Part shown: positions 12,700 through 25,194 of the stretch, piece after piece
Layout: every line of letters begins with the position of its first letter
Numbering within the stretch: position 1 is the stretch's first letter
DNA from: the human T2T-CHM13v2.0 reference genome, Homo sapiens
Length of the DNA stretch: 64,000 nt
Strand: one strand, 5' to 3'
Assembly: GCF_009914755.1 (NCBI RefSeq)
Contig: NC_060930.1
Made by a program: the position numbers and the translations under genes
The notes under the pieces: model-generated
What the model was told of the DNA's origin: nothing
Database searches by the model: none
What the model saw: only the letters and a program-made list of their open reading frames with translations

Positions 12700-13560
12700 A
12701 ATGTATTTAGTCCCTCAACAGATAATTAGTGAGCATCTACTCTGTGCCAAGAGGGTTCAAAGTTCTGGAAGTTAAAGTGGTAAACAGGGAAAGAAAAAGT
12801 GACTTCCCTCATGGAGCTTACAATCTATCATGGGAAACAGGCTGTAAACAAAGAAACCACATGATAGAATGTTAGGTAGTGATAGTGCTATGGATGACAG
12901 GGGGTGATGGAGACTGGTATTTGGATATGCTGATGGTAGAAGGCTTTCAGAAGAGATGCCATCTCAAGGAATACCAGGATGAGTTGAGGGAACAGACCTG
13001 ACTGAAGGTCATCCTAGACTGGGAAAATAGTAAGTCCAAAAACTCTGAAATGGGAACAAGTTTGGTGTGTTTGAAAATGATCCAGAGGTCTCCAATCTGG
13101 TTGGAGTGGGGTGAGAAAAGGGACAGGCAATGAATTAAGAAAAATAACAAGGCACAGATGATTTATGTAGAGCCTTGTACACCACAGTGAAGTCTTGGGT
13201 TTTTACTTCGAGAGACATGGGAAGCTACTGGAAGAGGTTGATAAATTTAGAGGGTGTTAAAGTACCCAGGCAAAAGATGCTGGTGGCGTTAGTGGAGATG
13301 GTGAAAAGTAGTCAGATTTAGGTAAAGGTTATGCCTATTAGACATCGGAGTAGTGATCTCTAGTGACAATTTAAATATATCAATCTACGGCTCATAAATT
13401 GGGAGTTATTGACACATAGAATCTATACAAGGCACTAGACTTCTGAGATCATCCAGGAGAAGAGTGTGGACATAGAAGAGAAGAGGGCATTGGGACATTC
13501 CAACATTTAGAAACTAAGAAGGGGAAGAGGCTTCAGGGATACTGAGAAGATGAACCTTAG
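12700..13560 (+). mobile_element. L2 remnant (boundaries and orientation approximate)
   Basis: ccctcatggagcttaca...; gtgtttgaaaatga; gggaagctactgga are L2-like blocks. Confidence 0.6.
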
Positions 13561-15186
13561 ATAATGCCTAAGGTCTTCCTTAATCTTTGTTTCTCCCAAA
13601 AGATCCCAGAATTTTTTGACATGGATATTGACATAAACTTGCAATTTATTGGCCATATAGTGTAACAAGAGGCTGTATAGCCTAATAATTATAAACATAG
13701 ATTCTAACCTCAGACTACATGAGCTCAAACCCCAGCTCTTTTGTTTAATCATTCTGTAACCCTGGGCAAATTAATTGGCCTTATGGGGCCTCTAATGGTG
13801 ATACTTATAGCACCAACCACATAAAAGATATGAGAATTAAATGAGATAGTATTTACAAAGAGCTTAACACTGTCTTGGTATGTGCTTAATAAGCATTAGC
13901 TATATTAGCTACTATTACTGGTTGCTGTATGAAGCACTGAGTTCTTAAATGGGAAAAAAAGTTGAAATATAGTTAATAAATCAAGTATTAAGTAACACAG
14001 TTGTTAACATGGATAACCCAAGACCTGTGTTAATTCAGTGTCATATTGTTGTCACATACTCTGCATCAGAACTGGTCAAGTCAGCATCCTTGCCCTGTAG
14101 AAATCTCACCTCTGATGAATCCTTACTGGCTTTAGCCAATGAAATGCACAGCCAAGCTTGGCACATCTTGTATTTACCCAGATATGTGGGTGGTTGTTTC
14201 CCTATTTGTCAAAAAAAAAAAAGCATTTGCCTGACAGATCTGTTGTGCCAAGAGCTCAAAATGCCACTGACACACAGAATATTGTAAGTGTTCATGGAAC
14301 TTCAAAGCACTGGTTGTTATGTGATTTGTGAAGCTGTAAACCCATCAAATAAAACATAGTTATGGGTTTACAACAAATAACTCACAGTGAATTACCAACC
14401 CCAGAATTCATATTTCATTATTTTCTCCCTTCTATTTTGCACAAACAAGATCCAAAAATATTTATTTACTGCTGTGCTGGAGTCCTAGATGTATACCTTA
14501 GCCACAAAACACAAGAAGCCTAGTGTCAACCTGACTGACCTAGGAATTCACTGTCTTAGAGACCTCATCTCTATCAAGGGATAAACCAACTGTTCCTGGG
14601 TTTCCTCCTAAGGAATATGAGTGAATTCATGCCAGTGGATTTATGAAGTGCTTTGTACCAACACAGGAAAAAGCACTAGCTATGCTCATGTTTCTATTAT
14701 GATTCTTTTTCATGTTTTTTTCTTTCAATCAAATTGCATCTGTAGGTGGTTCAAATTGCTGGCTTCTCCTTTCCCTGCTTCCACTGTAGTGTTGCAAGAG
14801 TCATGTTGGCCTCTCACTGGGGGCTGTGCTCACAGTGCTTTGATAGGACTCTGCTCTTGAGGCATCTTTACAGCAGTGGGCAGCATGGCAAGACTTAATG
14901 AGAAAGGAGATTGAAATCAAATGGGTCTGAGTTAGAATCTTTATTGCATGCATCTGCATAACATCTATTTCACAGTATCATTCTTCCTCTCTTTCTTCAA
15001 ATGTGTAGCTGTCCAACATTCACCAGGCTCTGGGATTCTGATGTAAATAAGATCTTCTTTTTCAGAGGTGAACAAATATTCTTCAAATATGAAGAAGATC
15101 TTTTCTTCACCTCTGAATAAGATATAGCCCTTGACCTGAAGGAGTTCACAATCAAATAGGGGAGGTGGCCATGTACACAGATTGTT

Positions 15187-15396
15187 GTTGTTTTTTTTTA
15201 ATTTTATTATTATTACACTTTAAGTTTTAGGGTACATGTGCACAATGTGCAGGTTTGTTACACATGTATACATGTGCCATGTTGGTGTGCTGCACCCATT
15301 AACTCGTCATTTAACATTAGGTATATCTCCTAATGCTATCCCTCCCCACTCCCCCAACCCCGCAGCAGTCCCCGGAGTATGATGTTCCCCTTCCTG
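15187..15396 (-). mobile_element. 5'-truncated L1PA 3' end, 14-bp TSD, inserted in L2
   Basis: tttaagttttagggtacatgtgcacaatgtgcagg...; TSD GTACACAGATTGTT at 15173-15186 and 15397-15410. Confidence 0.92.
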
Positions 15397-16519
15397 GTAC
15401 ACAGATTGTTATAATGCAATATACTAAATGCTCCCCTTAAAGCAGGCACAATACTTACTGGGAGCACAGAGGGGCAGGGTGGAGTGGGTATCTGATGCAG
15501 ACTAGGGAAGAAATGGCTCCAAGAGGAGGTCACATGTGAGAAAGCAGGAACGGGGCATCCCAGTAGAGAGAAAAGTATTGCAAAAGCTAAGAGTCATGGG
15601 AGAGTACAGCATGTTCAGGAGACTGCAAAGAGTCCCCTGTGGCTGGGGTAAATGTTCAAAAGTTGAAGAAGAGGAGTCAGGAGTTGAACCTGGGAATGCA
15701 TACAAAAGCCAGTTCACAGAAGACTCTGAAAGGCCATGTAATAGAAATTTCTCCGTAACATTTCAGCTTGAATACAGTGAGGGGGCAAGATAATGAATCT
15801 AGGCTTTCATAGTTGGGATGTCATAATCAGGTATAAACACACACACACGCACAAACACACACATACACAGAGTGCCGCACACTTTCTCTGTGCTTCAGAG
15901 GTCCTAGGTTGCTGCATGACTACCTCAGCCACTTCTAATTTATCCCACTGCCTGCAGCTGATGCCATCTATAAAAATCGATGTAACACAGTCCCATCACC
16001 CATTGCTGCTGCCCCAAAATCAATCAGGCTATGGTGGAATTTTTTTTCATATCTTTGCCTTTGACCTTGACTAAGGCTGTTGCCACTTGATTGTCCACGC
16101 AGCAAACAGCGTCATATGTAGGTGTCAAACCAATGGGAGCAGTCTTCTCACCCCCAGTCATTCCCTCCTCACCTCAGGGTTATCTTCTTGCCTTCTCCTC
16201 GACCTCTCTCAGAAACCTGTACCAGCCTATGTCAGAGGTTAATATGTCATGGAGGCATTTAATGGCGATGTGCAGGTGCAAGGTGTGACTGCCTCCTCCA
16301 CAGCCTTACAAACTGTGAAAGTGACTCCGGTCCCTCTCTTTCCTCTCAAGACCCAGGTTAAGTTCCTCCTATCTGCCCTGACCTCTCCAGTTCCCCCTCT
16401 TGAGCTAAGTCAGAGTTTAAACTTAAGTCCTTGTTTTTTCCTTCAAAGTTTTGCTAGATACTGAGAAGTTAGTTTTATACTAGAGATGAGAGGAGCTGTG
16501 GAAGACTCTGCTTTTTAAA

Positions 16520-16912
16520 TCGCAAATAAATATTGTATATATTTGTCATGTACAACATGTTGTTTTGAAATACATATATATTGTGGCACGACTACCTCAA
16601 ACTAACATGTACATTACCTCACATCCTTTTTTGTGGTAAGAACACTTAAAATCTATTCTTTCAGCAATTTTCAAGAACACAATACAGTCTTATGGACTAT
16701 AGTCACCATGTTGTACAATAGGTCTCTTGAATTGATTCCTCTTAGTTGAAATTTTGTATCTTTTAAACAAAATCTTCCCAATCCCCTCTCCCACTCCCTC
16801 CCAGTTCCTCTCTACCTCTATGATTTCAACTTTATTAGATTCCACATATAAGGAAGATCATGAGATATTTGTCTTTCTGTGCCTGGTTTATTTCACTTGA
16901 CATAATGTCCTG
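16520..16912 (-). mobile_element. L1MA 3' end
   Basis: acatgttgttttgaaatac...tagattccacatataag...tatttcacttgacataatgtcc. Confidence 0.8.
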
Positions 16913-17442
16913 TGGAAGACTACTAAGAAGAGAAGCCATGTGGTATAATTTCTGTTTATAAAAGATTTCTCAGATTGCCTTTGAAGGATGGAGCAATGGA
17001 GATCATCAGGACACTGTTGCAATGATCCAGGCAAGATATAATAATGGCCCGCACCATTAGAGTGGCTGCAGTGGACGAGACAGAAAAGATTCAAGAGATT
17101 TTTATGAGATAGAGTGACTAAGATTTAATATCCACCACTATGACTGTGAGGAACAATTTCACGAATGGGTGGATGGGAAGAACGCAAATAGAGAAAATGG
17201 GAAGGAAGTGGCAGAGCACCATTTTTACTCTTTTGGGTTTGAGGAGTGTTTGGGACATTTTTCTGTAGATTTTCCTGTTGGTTGTCAGAAATATGGTCTA
17301 GAGCTCAAAACAGAGATCCAGGCTGGAGTTGGAGGTTTGGAAGTCACTGGTAACAGGTGGGAGTTGAAACTGTAGCTTCCAATTAAACGCTAAAGAGAAC
17401 ATAGTGAATAAGAATAGGTGGAGGTCAAGGATAGACTCCTGA

Positions 17443-17596
17443 ACCAGACGTGGTGGTGTGTGCCTATAATCCCAGAGGACTCAGGAGCCTGAGGAGGGAG
17501 GATTGCTTCAGGCCAAGAGTTCAAGGCTGCAATGAACCATGATTGCACCATTGCACTCCAGCCTGAATGACAGAGAGTGACCCTGTCTCTAAAAAA
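17443..17596 (+). mobile_element. Alu monomer (FRAM-like)
   Basis: Single Alu arm with short A tail. Confidence 0.8.
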
Positions 17597-19855
17597 GGTG
17601 GGAAGGGTAGAATCCTGGGGAATACTAATAATTTACAAAGAACATCCAGCAAAGCAGGTTGACAGTGAGTTGTTTGGAGCAGAGATACACAGAGGAAACA
17701 GTGTGTCAGAGATAACCACGGGGAAGGGTTTCAAGAAAGTATAAGTGTTTAATATCAATGAACGTAGAATATTTAAGTGAGCCTAAAAAATAAATTAGAT
17801 TTGACATTAGATTTGACAATTAAGAGGTCCTTTGTAACCTCGGAGAAGCAGGTTTAAGGAAATCGTGGAAGACTAAGCGTGGCTGTCAAGGGTAGAACGG
17901 ACATTGAGGAGTAGGAAGAAAGGGACGCAGAGCTGGAGAATTGCTTTCGAAGATGGAGGCAGTTGAATGTGTTTATGCGCTGGAAGAAGGAATCTCTGTT
18001 AGGTAGAAGAGCTGATGTGATTTCACTGCCCAGGTGAAAGGGTCTAAGAAGATTGTGAGGTCAGTCTATGGAAGGACCTCGATTATCGCCAGGCATCGGT
18101 TCTTGCTTCATAAAGCTCAGTGTCAAGCTGAGGCAAGCAGGGACAGATGAGCTACAGTCTGCCACTGCTGCTGGCAGACATCACCGCTCAGAGCTCAGGA
18201 GAGGTCAGCACAGCCCTCAAGGGCTGATGCAGAAGAAAAAGCCCATCTTCGCTCTTGATGCGCTTCCCCTAAATAACCTCTAACCCAGATGGCGCCTTGC
18301 ACATGCAGCTCCATCCAGCATTCCCCGCACGCCAGGCCGTTCTTCCCAGCCACGCAGGTTCGCGCTTCCAACAGTCATTCCTGCCTCGTCTCTGCCAGAA
18401 CAGCTGCGCCGCGACTGCTGCCAGCTCTGTCTATTGGAGTAAACTGCATTTTCAGGCCTCATCAGCTCACTGGGAAACAATGAAAGGATGTTGGTCAAAA
18501 TAACAGCAGTCTCTGGCCTGTAGCCCCCACCAGCAGAATTTCTGGCATATAAATAAGTTCTCTTTCCTTTCCAATTTTCCTTTCCAGCAGCAGGAACTGG
18601 GTTTTCACACATCCTCCCACAGCCAAGAGTGGAATCGGAAGTTACAGCACAAAAACTGTCCTCGCTGCTGTTTCGGGAGTTTGTCACCACCTGGAGAGGC
18701 CCTTCTCTGTCGCCATTGGGATTGGCCTTACCACCCTAAGGCCCCAGGTTGCTCTGCTGAGCCTGGAGGAGGACCCTTCCAAAGCATTCCAACTCTTCTG
18801 TGTGGCCCTAAACGAGGCTGCTTTGCTTCCTCAGAACTTTAAACAACCTCTGCATTGCAATTTTTTGACTCTTTCCATTTGGGAGTCCTCTTTCTGTTAG
18901 ACCTGGGACCAATTCGACTTTGAACTGTGTCCAGAGATAATTTTTATGATACTGTATGGAATTGCTCCCTCAATTTTTATCCTTTCCAGTACTCAGCATG
19001 GTACCAAGACTAAGCTGATGAGTCCCAACTGCTCTCCTCACCTCCCATATGCTACTCATGAGACTCCTTCGTACCTATCATCCCACGCTCTCCCTCCCAT
19101 GTTTTAACATGTCTGGAATTCCCCAATGGGTGCATCTCTCAGAGATTCTCATTAAAGACTGGCATTAACAGCCCCTTCAGAAGCCTTGAAGTCAGCTGTT
19201 CACTGTGCTGTCTTCCCCACTACAGAGGGCGAGCCTCTCTCTGATTCTCTGATGTCAATAGAAAAGAGGAGAAGGCTCAGAAAGCCTAGCCACGTTCCAG
19301 TTCTTCAAGTGAACAGGAATTCTGCCATCTGAAAGCCATGGTTTGCATTTTAGCTTCTGAATGATAGTCCAGGAGTGGATTTTCATCGAAAGCACTGCTC
19401 AGCTGAGGAGCAGACTGCTCTGAGAATCAATCACCTGGCTCTGTGTTCAGCAGTCTGATGGTTTAAGTTAGGCAGGCAGGACGGTTTATTGAGTGTCAGG
19501 CTGGAATAAGAGCTGTGGGGAGGCAAGACAGACACACACTGGTCTCACTTGCTCTTCAGAATCTCAGAAACTAAGATAACTTTCGGCTACCCTCAATTTT
19601 TGATAATTAATGCCAATTCTTCAGCAGGGAGTTAGTTTAGTGACATAGGAAGCATGTCACCATGGATAGTTAAATCAATTTTGCTTGTACATTCAGAATT
19701 TTCTGATATGAGTCATTTTCTAAAAGTTATAAATAATGGTTAGTCTTGGAAGGTAAATGTACTTGCCACCATTTTTAGAAAAATGTAGAAAGCAATCCAA
19801 AATGTTATATTTTACAGCCCAATTTTTCCCGTAGCACTTATGTCTTATACAGAAC

Positions 19856-19888
<33 letters not shown>

Positions 19889-20127
19889 CTCAGAAGACAT
19901 CCTATTGACTCTTTTTCAGTTTCCTTACAATATGAGATACTGGAAATTTGTTCACATATGGTGGCTAAAACTCCTTTGAGGTTCAAATAAAAATAATAGA
20001 AAGAAATATACAAAATAGTAATGGCGAAGTATTATGGGCAGAAGAAAAGTCATGGGTAGCAGGAATCACACAGATCTGGGTTAGAACTAGTCACACCACC
20101 TGCTATTTTTGGGATCCTCAACTATGC

Positions 20128-20971
20128 TTTTTTTCTCTCTCTTTTTTTCCCGAGACAGAGTCTCACTCTTGTTGCCCAGGCTGGAGTACAACAATGTGAT
20201 CTCGGCTCACTGCAACCTCCACCCACCCAGGTTCAAGTGATTCTCCTGCCTCAGACTCCCAAGTAGCTGGGATTACTGGCATGCCCCACCATGCCTGGCT
20301 AATTTTGTATTTTTAGTAGAGATGGGGTTTGACCATGTTGGTCAGGCTTGTCTTGTGTCCAGAAGTGGTTCCTCCCGGTGGATTTTTGGTCTCTCTGACT
20401 TCAAGAATGAGGCCGCAGACCCTGGCAGTGAGTGTTACAACTCATAAAGGTAGTGCGGACCCAGAGTCAGCAGCAGCAAAATATACTGTGAAGAGCGAAA
20501 GAACAAAGCTTCCACAGGGTGGAAAGAGACCAGAGCAGGTTGCGGCTACTGGCGCGGGTGGCCAGCTTTTATATCCTTATTTGGCCCCGCCCACATCCTG
20601 CTGATTGGTCCATTTTACAGAATGCTGATTGGTCCATTTTTACAGAGTGTGGATTGGTGCATTTACAAACCCTTAGCTAGACACAGAGCGCTGATTGGTG
20701 TGTTTTTTACAGAGTGCTGATTGGTGAGTTTACAAACCTTTAGCTAGCCACAGAGTGCTGATTGGTGAGTTTACAAACCTTTAGCTAGACACAGAGCACT
20801 GATTGGTGTGTTTACAATCCTTTAGCTAGACAGAAAAGTTCTCCAAGTCCCCACCCGACCCAGAAGCCCAGCCGGCTTCACCTCTCAGTCTCAAACTCCT
20901 GACCTCAGATGATCCACCCACCTTGGCCTCCCAAAGTGCTAAGATTACAGGCATGAGCCACCATGCCCGGC
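20128..20971 (-). mobile_element. AluS interrupted by an LTR12, itself inserted in a MIR
   Basis: Alu halves at 20128-20353 and 20888-20971 join seamlessly (caggctTGTCT/CAAACTCC); TSD-like aa(c/g)tatgctt; MIR sequence on both flanks. Confidence 0.9.
20354..20887 (-). mobile_element. LTR12 (ERV9) solo LTR, LTR12F-like
   Basis: Minus strand starts TGAGAGGTGAAGCCGGCTGGGCTTCTGGG and ends GGACACA; tandem CCAAT units; 4-bp TSD GTCT. Confidence 0.93.
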
Positions 20972-21994
20972 TAAAGTATGCTTCTTTAACCTTATAATCC
21001 TCAGTTTCTTATAGGTGAAATTGGAATAAAAATACCTACTTCTCATAAGATGCTTGTGAAGATTAAACAAAAAACACATCTAGCATTAGTGCAGGTCATA
21101 ATAGATGTTCAATAATACCAGTTATACTTTTCCCATTTTTGCTAGGGTGATAGATTTGTGGATACGTTTTCCTTCTATTAGCCAAGCCTCCTTTATTAGT
21201 ATATTACCTCAAAAATTTAAATATTAAAGATTAATTTATGTTATGTATCTGGTTATTTTCCTAACCTTGTTATTCTAACTAAAAGCAATTAAGAACAGAA
21301 GGAAAGGAAAAATTACTTTAAAAAGTAATGGTGTTAGCTATTCCTTATTCCAAGTGCTGAGCAATCGTAATACTGTTACCAATGTAGCATAACAATTTTT
21401 CAAGGGGTGTCTTTCCAAATAAGAAGAATAGCTACTTATTACAATTTATAATTTTGCCAGATACAATGTATAACTTTGCCAGATACAAGGCTAAGTGCTT
21501 TTATGGATAGTCTCATTTAGTCCTCACAAGTCCTCTATGAGGTAGGTATTATGAGCATTTGTCATTTTATAGATGGGGAAATTAATGACAAGAGCTTTTA
21601 AGTAACTTTCCTTCTATGATTCAAGTGCTAGGTGGTGGTGGTAGAATCGAAGCATGCGTCCATTTATTTCAAACCTATGGGCATTGACCACCAAATGGTA
21701 CATCATTTCCATCTTTAGTATGTTACATTTCATTAGAACTTGAGCTAATGCAGTTTAACCTCCATCTGCTATTCTGAACACTTCCTAGCACCTGCACAAG
21801 TATACCCCAAATAGCTACATGTGAGAGGAGAAAGAACACTGGCCTGGGGATCAGCTCTGTGGGTTCTAACCCTGCCTCTGCAGCTTGCTAGCTGTCCATC
21901 TTTGGTCCATGACTTACCCTCTCTGACGCTACATTTCTTTACCTTAACTGGCCATTAAGGTTCCTTCTCTGCTTACTTTGAAAAGAGGTGAGTA

Positions 21995-22528
21995 GTTACA
22001 AAGACTGTCCATGTCCTCCAGCCAAAACCACCAGGAACACACCTATATGTTGAACAAGTTTGGATGTATTACTCATTACAGTAAGAAAGAATGTCACCAT
22101 AGGGGACTGTGGGGCATTGCAATATGAGAGTGTGAAAAGGATGTATAATATTATAGGATGTGGGCTCTGGTTGGGTGATTTTGGGGAGGGTCTAATGAAG
22201 CAAGAGTTCACTCTGGATTGTTAGGGACAATTCTATGATTGGATATCTTAATATATCTTATGTATAGAGAGGACAGACTAGAGTGAGACTAAAGCCATCA
22301 TGAGAAAGAAGTAGGCGTCATTCATATTAGCCAGGAGCGGGGGTCATGTCGTATTTTGTGGTTTTTACAAGGACCTTGTTTTTGTCTGTGCTTAGACAAA
22401 GTTATGAAGGGCTACTGTTTTGTCTCACTTCATCATGGTCACAGAATGAGCATGTGTTAATGTTCTGTGAGATGGTGCCTGGCAGAACAGCATGGCCTTG
22501 CTGTGAGCTCCTAGCCAGCTTCTAACAA
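21995..22528. mobile_element. Old LTR remnant (family uncertain)
   Basis: ~530 bp block ending ...TCTAACA with LTR-like composition; recognised only weakly. Confidence 0.4.
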
Positions 22529-22659
22529 TGTCGAGGCCTAGGGGACAGAGTAAGGCCAGCTCCTGGATATCAGGGCTACTCTTCTTTTCCTCAAGACCAA
22601 ATGAGACAATGTAAGCAAAAGAAGGTTTTGTCAACTGCAAAGCATTGTACAAATTTAAA

Positions 22660-23005
22660 AAAAAAAGATATTTATATATATATTTACATATTACATATCT
22701 ACTTTTAGATATATGATATATATTATATATAATATATATCTTTAGGTATATAATATATATTATATATTTTATATATATCTTTAGATATATATATAATATA
22801 CATATCTTTAGACATATAATATATAATATATATATCTTTGGACATATATATTATATAGATCTTTAGCTATATATAATATATCTTTAGATAATATAAAGAT
22901 TATATATATCTTTAGATAATATAAAGATTATATATATATCTTTAGATATACAATATATGTATATCTTTAGATATATAATATATATATATGATATATACAT
23001 ATATC
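22660..23005. repeat. AT-rich (TA)n minisatellite with recurring TATCTTTAGAT units
   Basis: ~345 bp, almost all A/T; recurring tatatctttagata units. Confidence 0.92.
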
Positions 23006-23224
23006 TCAAGGCTGAGTGCTGGAGTTTTTGGTTGGCATTAAAATTAGAAAGATCATCTTTCACCTTTTTCAACAGAAAATTAAGTAAGTGTTTCCTGCAA
23101 ATTTGGGGTAACTGGGAATATTCATTTCTCTCAAGAAACAAGACAAGTGCTGCCCTTGAGGGCTCAGGGGCGAGCCGAAGCACCTTCCTCACTCTATCTT
23201 GCTTCTGTCATTATCTACCTGTAG

Positions 23225-23623
23225 GTTGGACTCATCTCAGGTACAGTTTTTGTGATCCTCGGATTGACTGTTCTGGCAGTGGGCTTTCTTGTGCCCCCCA
23301 AAATCGAAGCATTTGGCGAAGCCGATTTTGTGGTGGTCGACACACATGCTGTCCAGTTTAACAGTGCTCTGGACATGTACAAGCTGGCAGGAGCTGTTCT
23401 CTTCTGCATTGGAGGCACGTCCATGGCAGGGTGCCTGCTGATGTCGGTGTTTGTAAAGAGCTACTCCAAAGAAGAAAAATTCCTCCAGCAGAAGTTTAAA
23501 GAACGAATCGCAGACATCAAAGCCCACACCCAGCCGGTTACAAAAGCTCCAGGGCCAGGGGAAACAAAGATTCCAGTCACTTTGTCCAGGGTTCAAAATG
23601 TCCAGCCTCTACTGGCAACCTGA
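23225..23623 (+). CDS. NRSN1: Neurensin-1 last coding exon, aa 64-195 (VGLISGTVFVILGL...NVQPLLAT*), two hydrophobic TM helices
   Basis: Acceptor ctacctgtag|GTT in phase 0; 63+132 = 195 aa; hydrophobic segments VGLISGTVFVILGLTVLAVGFLV and LAGAVLFCIGGTSMAGCLLMSVFV. Confidence 0.96.
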   Translation, partial: VGLISGTVFVILGLTVLAVGFLVPPKIEAFGEADFVVVDTHAVQFNSALDMYKLAGAVLFCIGGTSMAGCLLMSVFVKSYSKEEKFLQQKFKERIADIKAHTQPVTKAPGPGETKIPVTLSRVQNVQPLLAT

Positions 23624-24143
23624 AACCTTTCCCACCCCAGTTCTTCTTGTCTGATTTATGCCCGTGGTTAAAAAGAGCAGGCCAGTTTTCGAGATAAAGA
23701 AGATTTGGCGTTGACTGCCCTAGGGCTGTGTTCAGCTGTGGGCAATATAATGGGTGGACTCACACTTGCTCAGTTCAGGCAGCTCTGCTGGAGGGCGGTG
23801 CCATGCCTAAGCCTGTGCACATGCATCCAGCTGCTTAAGATGGGTGCTTCCTTGTACCCGGCCACCAGAAAACCCCTGGAACTCCTCTTTCATAGATCGT
23901 GACTTTGTGTTATTTTCCGTGTTGTTTGAAAGTGCCGAACAGTTTAGACCAGCTCACCAATGGCTAATGTGGTCCATTTTATTTTCTAATATTGGTTTAT
24001 CTAATGTTTTCTGCGTGGTGCTGTCTTCCATTCCTGTCTCACTATGTGTAAGATTTTGTCATATGTGTTCATAGAAACATGGAATTCTCTGATTTTGAGC
24101 CGAACATGAGTTTTTAGACTATATCTTGACATGAGGTTCCTGA

Positions 24144-24404
<261 letters not shown>

Positions 24405-25188
24405 TAAAAAGCTAAAATTGCCAACTTTAGAATCTTGACCAAAAAAAATTAATTTTAGGAGCATCTATTTATGCAGTGTTCAAAAGTACTGAATTAGAAA
24501 CCAGGAAGTTTTAGTTCCTTCTACTACCTGTGTGATCTTGGGGAAATTATTTAACCTCTCAGTCCTAATTTTCCCCTTCTGTATAATGGGAGTTCTGGAT
24601 CACAATATGTCTGGGCTCTCATTACCCAAACATCTGAGATTCCATTTTTGCCATGTGTCATCGAGTCGCTCCCCAACAGATGTTTGTGATGTTTTTGTGG
24701 CTGTCACCATGGTGGGATTCTTTCAGAATGAGACTCCTGGAAATTCACTGAGTCAGCAGCCTTCACACCATCTACCCTTAAATATCCAACCCCAGCAATT
24801 TATACAACGCTGTCATATTTTTAAAAAAACAAAAGTAAGCCATCCTCAAATAAGGAACCCCTTGGTAGATATTAACCTTAAAAAGGGTTTTCATTCTCAA
24901 ACAAGATGCTTTGTTCTCCAACAAGATGTTCATCTCATCACTTGCACTTTTGTTTTAATGTATGGATTCAGATTAGACTGAGAAAAATGGATGGTATTTT
25001 CTTAAAATTGTGCCACCTTAGAGCCCCCCCCCCTTTTTTTTTTCTTCCTTCACTGGATAAATAAAATATGTGAACAAGTGGAACCTGAATTGCATTGTCA
25101 TTCCTTCAGTGTGGTTATTTTCTCTCCAACATGTAATTTTCCATTCTGAGACTGAATAAGCTCTGATGTTTCCCCGGCTAAATGGAAG

Positions 25189-25194
25189 AATAAA
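25189..25194 (+). terminator. NRSN1: NRSN1 polyadenylation signal
   Basis: AATAAA followed ~20-40 nt later by TTTGTG...TGTTTATTTTG. Confidence 0.7.

Noticed and set aside
20600-20830. Regularly spaced ~40-bp repeats superficially resembling a CRISPR array
   Set aside because: Normal tandem CCAAT enhancer units of the LTR12 U3; no unique spacers; eukaryotic context
21447-21490. Short tandem duplications (22-bp here; 12-bp at ~17795 and ~58602)
   Set aside because: Ordinary slippage events with no evident function
23215-23596. Antisense ORFs over the last NRSN1 exon
   Set aside because: Shadow frames of the real CDS; no independent signals
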